DNA of 64,000 bases from Enoplolaimus lenunculus. Its lineage: Eukaryota. The notes beneath the pieces were generated by a model. The model ran no database searches and was not told the DNA's origin. It saw only the letters and a program-made list of their open reading frames with translations. The first letter of the stretch is position 1; each line of letters begins with the position of its first letter. Shown here piece after piece: positions 25,101 to 37,100 of this stretch. Location: contig JASANG010001881.1 of the NCBI GenBank assembly GCA_030248215.1, positions 248,001 to 312,000 on the forward strand, read 5' to 3'. The translations under genes and the position numbers were made by a program.

Positions 25101-28100
25101 AAAGAACCTTAACATTTTGTGGCTGTGAGAACCAGTTGGAAGTATACAAAACGGCATAAACCCAATGCATTGTATTTACTCTGGTTAGTTACAATTACCT
25201 CAGCACTTTGTAGCTTCATCGCCTTTGTTTTTGTCGCTGACACAATGTACCGTTCACTCCTGTATAATTCAAAAATTCAAATTAATTTTTTAATCAAATT
25301 TAGAAAAATGGGTCAGTTGTTTACTTAAAAACAAACTTTATTTTAAAAATAACTGAGCGAGATTCGATTTCGCTTTTCGAAATTTACTATAAGTATAACC
25401 AAAATGGAATGTGGGTATGGAGCTTTTTTACCCGACCCGCGCTTTACTCAAGCAAATAAGAATTTCTTCATGGGGTAATAAGAGGGTGTCCCCATTTTGA
25501 GTCCCAATCAATGAGAGTCCGTATCCCTAATAAAAGTCCGCAAGTGAATAGGACTTTGTGGATCTGACCGGTGTAAATACCCAACACATTCAGCCGTACT
25601 GGAATATAGGCACAAGCGAAAATCTCAACTTATCCCACCATCCTTTTTCAGGGCTACTCGATAGTAGTAGAAATCCCTGGCGGGGGGTGAGATTGTATAA
25701 GAAGTTAAATCTGGGGGGAGATTGTACAAGAGTTCAAATCCGACGGAACATTGCCCAACAGGAGAAAACTGATAGGTTGATAGTCCGGTGGGGCGTGAAA
25801 ATATTGGCACTCAATTAAATCCCTACTTACCAACATGCTTCACGACATATCTTCGAAACTCCTTGTGGAGTCGTTGCTTCCATATCTTCAGCGCATTTTT
25901 CTGTCAATAAATTAATGTAAACATATGGCCGGTGACTTAATAAATAAACAAAATCCTACCCGTGGTAAACTGTAAAAACCTGACCATTAAGCCTAAACCT
26001 AAACCTAACTAGCCAGATCACCTTGTTAGGGTGCTAGAAAAATTTTAAAAGGGGCATTCAAAGGTTTTTAATGACTTCCAATCATGATTGAAAATTTAAT
26101 TTTGTAAATAACTGAAAAATTCTAAATGTAATTATAATACGAGCCCGCATTCTTAACTGTGTGTAGCACTTGACACTAGTTGGTGATAGGTATTGTAACT
26201 TTTGCACCAGACAACCAAAGTTGCTTCTTTCTTAGTTCGGCCAAAGAACAGGGTCGGAACAGTATTATAAGCATATTTGTAAGCCTAAGCCTAAGCCCAA
26301 ACCTAAGTGTAAGAATGAGCATATCCCTTAGGCTAAGCCTAAGCGTAACAATGAGAATATTCCTAAGCCTAAGCCTTAAGCCAAGCAAAAAATTAGTCTA
26401 AAGCTTAAGCTTACTCTATTGCAGTCACACAGAAAAGTATTGCAGTTCCACAGAAAAGCGTTCCTTCCGTAATCTTTAAATGTGTATTTAATTTTTACAG
26501 TATGTTTCTTTCAACCCTGCAATATTTAAAATAAAACATAACCAAAAACTAACTTAATGTCAGTCCACAAACTGTCGAATTTGGTGGTTTAGCAATTTTA
26601 GGATTACTGCAGTTGCACGATCCGATTGTTTCCATTTGTTTCAAACTCAATTCGCAACCCTAAAAGGGTCAAAATGCAATGAACAACAATTAAATTTTAG
26701 GCGAATAAACCAAAACGGCAGGACAGGACGCCGGCGGTTGCCATTTTTAAAGTCAAAAAACTTTGTATAAATTAGAATAAAATATTTAGCCAATGCTATT
26801 TTAAGCGGCGTAACAGTAGATTAAGCGTATTCCTAAGCCTAAGCCTAAACGTTGCAAAAATGAGTCCCTAAGCCTAAGCCTAAGCCTAAGCTTAAGTAAA
26901 AATGCAATCTAGAATCGAAACCTACTCTTTTATAGACCCATCCGAAACCTGAACGCCCCTTAAAGTAACATTCGGTCAAATGTTTTATGAAAAAACAGTA
27001 TTTAGTTCATTGACTTGCAAATTATTAAAATTACATATGGCTTCTGAATAGCTTCGCTTGCAAAGGTTCTTAAACATTAATATATCGCGTCCCAACATAT
27101 GGGTCTTGTTCATTAATACAGCTAATGTGCCCGTTGTTTATGCCTTTTAGCTCGAGCAGCCCATTTTGGTCAGAAATCTTAACTCTCCCGTACCTTGAAA
27201 CGCAATTAGAGCCCCAGCTATAGCTGGGTGTGAACATATTTTTTAAAAACGATGTCGCACGCATTTAAGTACCGAAATCACGCTTAATAATCAGTTTGTA
27301 AAGAATAACGATACTGGCTGGGTTTCTGAAATCTTACTTAAGTATTTACTACAGTTTTTACTTATAAGTATTTAGTCTTAAGTCGCTGAGTTAAAGTTAA
27401 TTTTTGAACAAAAACAAAAAAATAACACAAGTTTGGGGTCAGTGCCATAAACAAGGAAGTCACAGTTTTGCATCATACTGAAGCGGTTCCATGAGTCTAC
27501 AATTTCAACTGAACCATGGATAGCATGCCAGAACTGATAGTACACTGTAAATTCCAATGCGTTGATTAATCAATTCAGCTAGCGAGTTGGTTATTTCTGA
27601 ATTAATATCAGTAACGATTAATTCACTCTGAATTGAGTTGATTCTCGCTCTGAGTAGAGTTGACTCTGGATGAGTTGATTGATGAACTCACAATTAATGG
27701 AATCAACTCACAATTATGAGTTGTGATAGTCCTAACTCAGACTGAGCGATTCAATTTATTCTGAGTTAAAATCAACTCATTCAAATTTACAGTGTATTTA
27801 ATTCATTACATTTACGTGAACAACCTAAATATTTGCTTAAGTACACTTGCAGAAACAATAAATACTTTAAGCATGAAGTTGTACTTAAATAATGTTTTTT
27901 TGAATCCCAGCTGTTGAACCTCAAATTGGCTTGGAATATTCCTTTGGTTTCTGAATGGAGCTTAAAGTAAGCTGAATTAAGCTAAACTTTAAATTTATCC
28001 GTATGGACTTTTAAAAATCTTACAAACGATGAATATCCACCGGCATAGTAGTAGTGGTCAATTTCTGATGTCGAATTAATACACGTTCCGCCTTGTTTCG

Positions 28101-31100
28101 GTGGTAACATTGTCATTTGAGTCTGAAAATGATAATTTATTATCGCTAAATGTAAAACAAATAAGGTAAATATATATAAATTCGTAGCTTCTAGAACTAT
28201 GCTAAACACCAGGGTTCCATGGGAATAATACGATTCCGGCTAAAATTCCGGCAAAATTTGACTTCGGATTCCGATTCCGGCTGACTGCTGTTCCGATGTC
28301 GGAATTCTGATTTTTCGGTTATGAGTTTTTAAGATGATCGAGCTTAGATTTTACTTGTCGTTTTGTGTCGTTCATTTGCAATTATTCTGTTCGTTTTTTC
28401 TTAGTAAATATTCCGAGTTGTTACGTGTATTCCGTCAGATATATAAACAATTTTTACTGAAACTGTCAACAGTAACGGAAACAGGCATACTGCAACAAAA
28501 GTTAAAAGTCATACACCTTTAACTATTTAATAGAATTATTAAAACTTTATTCCGATTACGATTCCGGTTCCGACAGAAAAATTTGATTCCGATTCCGTTT
28601 CCGACAAAATCTAATTCCGGTTGGAACCCTGCTAAACACTTTATTAAAGTCATAGCAAAATATATACGGAACAGCAATCAACGCTACAACACCTAAGCTT
28701 TATTTTCTGGAGTTCATTCAACGTATTAGCAAGTCGCTATTGATAGGATATTCTTATGTTGAAAGGATCAGAAATAATGTATCAAGTGCGTCTATAAGGG
28801 TACACGATACAAGCCACCCGAAATTCCTATACAGAGATGGGAAATACGCAACTGATAAGCCTTATAATCAACCCAATTGGCTAAATTTATTTCGTAGCCT
28901 TCTGGACTGGTTCTAAACCTATTTTCTTTCAGGTTTATACCGTTTTGAAATCAAATTCTTGCTACGTCACTATATATGTTTTACTTACGCTTAGAAATAT
29001 GCTTAATAATTTACTGTTACAGTGCTAAAAGTAACATTGACCACTGCGGTTATGACTTACGTATTTTAACGAAAACAAATTTTGATATCCTGGCAAAACG
29101 ATGGTGCCTTCGTATTCCGGGAACGGTGCAATCCCTGGTGTATGAAAATTAATCTTAAATCCGACCGACTCGATTAGCGATGAATACAGATCAGGTTTTG
29201 CATCCAGAGTCATCCATAAACCTTAAAAATATTTACCTCAAAATATTAATAAATATACGTTCGACAATAAGTTGAACTCAATTATAAGGCGATAAATCTT
29301 AATAGAACACTAGGATTCCAACTGGACTGAAATTCTGTCGGAATCGAAGTTGTAGGTGAAATTCAATTTCTTGTCGGAACCGGAATCGGTTCAAATCGGA
29401 AGCATACGACTTGAGCTGATATAGGACAATGTTTCATTTCATTCAAGTTCGCTGTAAATTCCACTGAGTTAATTATTCAACTCAGACGAAAAGTTAGTAA
29501 TTTCTGAAATAATGCATCGTTTACATTTTGCCACCGAAAACTCTATGAGGTGGGGTTAACACGTGTCAAGTTTCAAAATGGTCATGCGTTAACTCTACCC
29601 TAACGCAAAAATTGCCTTAATCCAACCCTGACACGTGTAAGAGCCCTATTCTAATACGTGTTTACACAGCATTTCGTAACACGCGGTAGGGTAGGGTTAG
29701 CGCCATTTTTGTGTTATGGTAGGAATAACGCATGGCAATTTCGAAATTTTACACACGTTAACCCTATTTTATACTGTTTTCGGTGGCGAAATGACACGTT
29801 TTGATTGTGAACGATGCATAATAACAGCAAACTTTACTTTATCTCTCTCTGAGTTGATTTGATTCCGGAAAACTTGACTAATTAAATCAAAATAAGCTGT
29901 ATCAAGAGTGCATGATACTCTTAACAAGAGTATGCAACTGGGCACATTCTGTGTAGAAAACAATGTATACTGCACGCGTTGCATTTTTGGCCGACCCTCC
30001 ATACTTGGGGGGGGGAGTTAAAGTTTTCCGTAAAAATAAATACATTGCATGCCCATATGTTCATACATACTCCGTTTATTTTCGTAAGTGTTCGAAGCAA
30101 TATGGTGTGCATTAAAGCTGAAATCGACCCCCTAAACAAGGGGGTAAGGCGAAAAACGCGTGCAGATACATGTTGTGCCAGGCACCGCCCAGATAGTTGC
30201 GCACTCCCGTTTAAGATCATCCACTCTTGGTTGTATCACCTGACAATTATGAGTTTCGATAGTCTTAACTCAGACTAAGTGATTCAACTCAGTCTGAGTT
30301 GAAATCAACTCACTGGAATTTATAGTGAAGATTTGGCTTCAGTATTGTTAACCAGCTCTTCACTGACACAATACCGAAGAAGTTGAAATTCCGATATAGA
30401 AATAACATTCGGTTGCAATCGGAACATAAATTTTACCGGAATTTCAGTCAGAATTGGAATTGCGGTATAAGCCAGTAAAAACCGTTTTGAACCAAAATTA
30501 ACCCCTTAACAACTTCAAGATCAAAGCAAAGTAAGCGAGTTTTTAATAACAAAACACAATATCAAGAGTGCATAATACAAGAGTGTGCAACTTTTGGGGT
30601 TTTGCAGCATTTTTGATGCCGGATACATAAAATGCCATGGTTCCCACCAATTATACCTCCCTATAAGTACGAATTTGGTTAAAAACACAACGCGCGTTCC
30701 GGGTAAATTTTTACCATACGGAACCCCAAGAGTTGCATACTCTTGTATCAGGCACTCTTGATGTTAATTAAATTACCTTCATCCATACCGGCTCGTGATG
30801 TGACAAATCGATTTGTAATGTTTCCATTGAATGTATAACAGTTGCCAAACTGCGGATGATAAAAATCCAACCTTAAAAACTATTTTCTACAATTTTAACC
30901 ATTGCGAAACCCCCCCAAACTCAGGAAGCGCACATTTTTGACTAAAGGCCGCCAAATCCAGGGGTTGTTTCTTGGTATTCCTCCAGACGGTGTTTTCACT
31001 TCAAAAATCGGGTAAGATTTTGAACATTTTTGCATATTTGACTTTGTATAATGTTAAAATATTTTAACGAACTTTTTATTTCTAGTAATTTTTTTAGTTA

Positions 31101-34100
31101 ATACCACTAAATATTAAATCACACTGAGCTGATTTAATTTTAGGTGAGTTGTTCAATGTACTCAAAATGAGTTCAATCAATTCACAATTCTGAGTTCGAT
31201 AAGACATTAATTCAGAGCTCACGCTTCTAGAGTGGATTCAACTCATTTTGAGTCAAAAGCAACTCACTGGAATTTACAGTGCGCTTACCATGTACATTCT
31301 TTCCTCCGCCAAACACACGTTTGAACGCTTTCTTTCAGTGTGTATCCCATTGATTTTTTGACTTCATCTGATTGTTCTTCGACGAAAAATTTTGTCATTT
31401 CTCGAATATTCGCTTGAAGAGATTCGACAGTCATCGGTGGAGGTTCAAGTTTTTCTTCTTCCGTCACTGCTCCAGGCGCTCCAGTGGTTGTCTCGCCCGC
31501 TGGCGCGTCTGGTTCTTGTGAGTTTTCCTGAAAATCAAAATTTCAAAAAATTAATTTATTTTCTTCGATTCACACAGTGGCTGTATGTGCACTGTAAATT
31601 CCAGTGAGTTGATTTTAAGTCAGAATGAGTTAAATCCAGTCAGAAGTCTGAGCTCTGAGCTAGGTCTTTCAGAACTCAGAGTTCTGAATTGAATGAACTC
31701 ATTCTGAGTTAGTTAATCAACTCAATTCGAGGTAAATCAACTCATAGCGATTTAATGGTGACCATTTTTAACTCACAAATAAACCCGAAATACTAAATCG
31801 TTGTCTGTGTTGATTAATCAACTCACTGGAATTTACAAAAAAATTTATAAATCTTTCTGAAAAAATATAATTTGAAAACGTAAACAATTTCAAAGTCTGT
31901 AATGGTTTTCGTTTCTGAGTTTTTTCTTATTTTCAAAATGTATTTACGAACGAATTTTTTTCTTCGTTTCAGTAAGGATTTTGATGTATAAATTTGAAAA
32001 TATAAATATTAATTTTGAAATGAATAAAAATTTGAAAACATTAACACAGCGAATAAGTTTTGTAAAAAACGAAATCAGAGAGTAAGAAAGTTTATATTAA
32101 AATTTTTTAAATATCATAAATACCTGATGACGCGGACAAATTAGGCCCAAGCCTCTTCCTATGGATAATACGCGAATTTGCAAACTGTATTAATTCAGGA
32201 ACATTAGTGTTACAATGGCAACTATAAGTTTAATTTAAATTATACACTGTAAATTCCAATGATTTAATTAATTATCAACTAGCGGATTACAATTTCAAGT
32301 TAATATCAGTAAACATTAACTCACTCTGAGTTGAGTTAATTCAAGGTAAGTTGATAAATTAATTCAAAATGAATTGAATCAACTCAGAATTCTGAGTTGT
32401 GAAATTCCTAATTGAGATTTAGGTATTCAATTGATTCTGAATTAAAATCAATTTCCTAGAATTTTTAGTGTAATATAATGTTGATAAGCAACAGTATATT
32501 TTTTTCGAGCAAGCCATTGCTAAAACTTTCTTGAAAAAATACACTTTATGCTTACCCAGTAAATACTTATGACAAATTTGTAACTCAAAAATAATCCATA
32601 TCCAGAGGCGTATCGCTGTAAATTTCAGTGAGTTAAATTTAACACCTGAATGAGTTGTATCACTCAGTTTGAGTGTAGGTCTATCAGAACTCAGAATTTT
32701 GAGTTGAATCAATTCATTCTGAGTTAATTAATCAAATCATCCAGAGTCAGCTCAACTCAAGGTGAGAATCAGGTCAACTCAAGGTGAGTTAATGTTTACT
32801 GATATTAATTCAGAAGTAACCAAATCTGATTAATCAACTCATTGAAATTTACAGTGTACAATGGTAGTGATAAACGAATATGTCTCGTCCCGAAAGTTCT
32901 TAACAGACAATTAATTTAGATACTTACAGTTTTACAAATAACCTTATGCATCATAGAGGTCAAACAATTATTTTTTCTGTAAGTGGTTACACCCAGTCGA
33001 TGTCATACACTGTAAATTCCAATGAGTAAATTAATCAACTCAGACGGAAAGTTAATTACTTCTTAGTTAATAACAGAAAACTGTATACCTCACTTTGAGT
33101 TGAGACGATTCTCACTCTGAGTTGATTTGATTACGGGAAAGTTTATTAATTAAATCAGATTGAGTCGAACTCAGAATTATGAGTTCTGATAGTCCTAACT
33201 CAGACTGCGTGATTCAACTCTGTCTGCGTTGAAATCAACTCACTGGAATTTACAGTGTAACAATGGCTACGGCGTCGTCGACAACAAATCTAAACAAACT
33301 TACATCGATCACTGGACCAGGAATAGAAATCAGTGGCTCGGTGAACAGTTCGCTCAACACTGCGGCGACTTCTTGTTTCGCTTCTTCTTTCTGAAACCAA
33401 CGAAAAACAGTTGAATCGGCGGTACAATGTTTATAATGCAATTTTCACAATATCATGCGTACACACGGTAACTTTTTTCGCACAGTCGATGATAAAACTG
33501 AAGAATTTTCGGCTTCAGCGGTGTTTGGTTACTCGGCGGCAGTTAAGTTGACAGTTGTGATGAGAGATGCTGCGCGATACGCAATGGCAGAGAAGCTTTG
33601 CGAACGACAAGCCAAAACCAATTTTAGTAGGAAATTTTAACAAAAAATTTCGGTTGTGATTCTTATAGGGGTTGCCTATGCCTGGCTGTGCCCTCTTTAA
33701 ATCCAGCCGTGTGTGTTGGCTACTGAGAATTTTTGGCTTTAATGCGCATTCTCACATACCAAAGTTACCTGGTGTACGCATGATATTGTGGAAGTTGCAT
33801 TTATATCCAAACTTTAAATTACATCCAACTGCAGCATATTAGTAAAACATCATATTTCTGGTGTTGAATATACCGTTTACAGTTCATATCAGAGCTTAAT
33901 CCTTTCGAACCAGCGAATCAAAGCAAAAACAAAACTCTCCGCTTGCAGGCGGTGCAAAAAATCAAATCCTTAAATAAAATCCAACTTCACATTAAGTTTC
34001 ATACGGACTAACCTTTGCAGTTGAAAGACACGAGTATCCATTAACATAATCGATACATTCCGCATTTTCGTCGCACGGACTGCTTTCGCATTCGTCAATT

Positions 34101-37100
34101 TCTGAAAATAAAAAAATAATAAATGTTTACCACCTGAACATGAAATTGTAGGAATTTAAAACAATTTGTTTACAATTAGAAGCATATACAAAAGGGGAGA
34201 TAGTGGAGATATGTCACACCGCAAAATTAGGGACTCGAAAAACGTACCGGTACAGCCTGTAAAATAAGCGGCATCGATTGAAATTTTTTTTCACTCGGGT
34301 AAAACGTTTCGATGTGGTTTTGTTAAGCTCGAACTGAAATATTGGATACACCGCATCGTTGACAAAATTATTGTAAAACAGCGCAAAAAACTGCGTACCT
34401 GAATCACAATGATATCCAGTATATCCAGGTGCGCACTTGCAAGTGTAATTCAAATGCAGATCAATGCATTCAGCAGACACGTGACACGGTTGTTCTTTGC
34501 ATTCGTCTGTAGCTAAAATAAACTAATATGATTACTAGCGAATTGAACCTCGGCCCTTTTGCACTCGAGTCAAGCATGTTTCAACTACACCATGTTATGG
34601 TCACCGCAATAATTTCAATATTCAGGTATACATGCCACCTGTATGATAATCGATGTTTTTACATATACTTGCCGTTCATATATACCAAACATCCAGTTGG
34701 ATTTTCTGGTTGAAATTAAATCTCAGATGAATTTAAGAAATAATTGCTCTGAAAAGTTAACCTGATTTAAAACATAACCATTTTTTGAAAGACAACCAGT
34801 CTGAGATATTTCCATTTACTGCAGTTTCTACTGGCAGTAGCAGACTGTGGATTGATGATATATTTTCATTTTGATCATAAATTTCGGCCCATGTAAAAAT
34901 TAGGGGCGGAACGTTTTTCTGTGAGACTGCCGCAATAGAGTACGCTTAAGCTTTAGACTAAGTCTTTTGGTTAGCTTAGGCTTAGGCTTAGAAATATGCT
35001 TCGTTTTGCGATTAGGCTTAGACTTAGGCTTATAGTACTGTTCCGCCCCTGGACTCTTTACATTGGCCCAAATTTGGTAACTTTTGTTTTGACAGTTGAA
35101 CTTTTGACAAATTAAGAAAAGACACAACTACTTAAATGCCAGCATAATAAGTTAATGAAAGACAATTTGTCACCCGACAGTATCTTACAGTCTGTTAATA
35201 AATCTAAGAGTAATCCTAAGCCTAATGATGGTCGTCTATTTGTCGAGTCAATGAAATTTCGTATTACAAGTTGTCGAACGACGGGTTGTCTTGCCACGAA
35301 ACGTTGTGATACCATAGTGAATTGTGGTTTGAAAGACGAAATGCACAGCGAAGAATATTTTAAAATATTTTTAATATACGTTGGAATATGTTTTTCCACA
35401 AATGCATAGAATTGTTTAGGGAACGCGTCAGGTTCAGCGTACAGCTAAAACCCACTTTACATATCTGCCGGAGTCTGTATTCCCAGGTGATGGGTTGAGT
35501 TCTTAAAATGAAAAATGTCAAATTTTTGTAAAAATACTAAAAACAATTAGTAGTGTACTTAAAAGAGTGCATGATACAAGTGTGTGCAACTCTTGGGATT
35601 CCACATGGTACAAAATGTACCACCGGGCGATGCCTTTTTGGCCGACCCCCACTTGTTTAGAGCTGGGTCGCTATCACATGAAATAACCCTCAAACTATAA
35701 AAGCGGAACAATGTTTGTTGCCGGAGACATAAAGTGTCATGGTTTGCACTGGTTATACCCCCTCTAAATAAATTGGGGTTGGCCAAAAACACAACGCGTG
35801 ACGGATATATTCTTTTCTACACAGATTGTACTCAGTTGTATACTCTTGTTGAAGTATGCATCATCCACTCTTGGCGTACTCAACGATTGACTTACGCACT
35901 GAACAGTCTTCGCCAACCCATCCAGGCTTGCAGTAGCAATAGTAAGTGTCGTTGCTCATCACACAATCGCCATCATTTGCGCACAAATTTTCACCAAAAT
36001 CTTCACAACTTTTAAATCCTTCCATTAAAACTGAAAAAGAACTAATTTGAGCTGTAAAAGCGGAACACAAATTCATTTTTAAAAACAATTAAATTTCCTT
36101 AAGTTTTGTAATATTTTGAAATATTTCGAGTACAACCGAATAATCGACTTTGTCACAACCCCGATATCCAGTCGATCTATTTTCATCAGCTGGATGATTC
36201 GCAGTAATAAAATAACAATGCATCGTTGACGATAAAAAATTTCATTTTGCCACCGAAAACATTATAAGATAGGGTTAACACGTGTCAAATTTTAAAATTA
36301 TCATACGTTAACCCTACCATAACGTAGAATTTGCGTTAACCCTACCCTAACGCGTGTTACAAAATGCTCTGTGACACATATTAGGATTGGGCTGTGACAT
36401 GGGCTATGGTAAGGTTAACGCAATTGTTGAGTAAGCGTAGGATTAACTCATGACAATTTTCAAAATTGACCCGTGTTAACGCTACCTTATAATGTTTTCG
36501 GTGGCAAAATGAAATTTTTATTGTGAACGATGCCTAAACCTGTTCTGTTTAATCGCCTATTTTTTCTTATCTCCTATTGTTTTTAAGCAGGCGTATAATC
36601 ACTCCCACACTTTCAACGATGTAAAATCCCTTACATACCCCGCTTATGGTCTGTTTTGTCTGGTATCCGGTTAGCTGCCTTCGACGTACCTTCACATTTT
36701 GGTTCCGGATAATCATAAGTTCCATCCGCTTGGCAGGTTAATAAATCGTTTCCGGTTAAAACGGTTCCTTCGGAACACGTATATTGAACGGTAGTCCCAA
36801 GGATCAAAGCGTCATCACTGATTACGTGTTCGCCGTTAGGAATAAATACTGGATCAGGACAAGTTTCTGAAAACAGCTTCAGGATTAATCCCAATTATAA
36901 AGCTGTACAGCTATTTCGACAGCAGCTATTACCAGTTGGTGATAGGTCATGTAGCTTAAAAATCAGTGAACGAAATTATTTTGTTCGAAATTTAGCAGAC
37001 GGTTGCACTTTAATTAACTAGACTTCTGTGTCGATTTTGAGATCAGCAGTTGCCGATGTTCGCTTGTTTGAATACTGAATACTTACTAGTGATAAAAGTG

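Noticed and set aside
32124..32184. Candidate exon FANSRIIHRKRLGPNLSASS with a furin-like basic motif
   Set aside because: 61 nt would shift the frame between exon 33 (phase 0) and exon 34 (phase 0) and lead to a stop; no compensating exon was found.
33769..33828. Candidate Cys-containing exon GCNLKFGYKCNFHNIMRTP
   Set aside because: Its phase does not fit the phase-0 neighbours, and it overlaps one arm of an inverted repeat whose partner is at about 33437-33476, so it is probably a transposon end.
21995..36030. Giving the gene symbol egas or asic
   Set aside because: EGF-plus-ASC resemblance is architectural only; orthology needs a phylogeny I cannot run.
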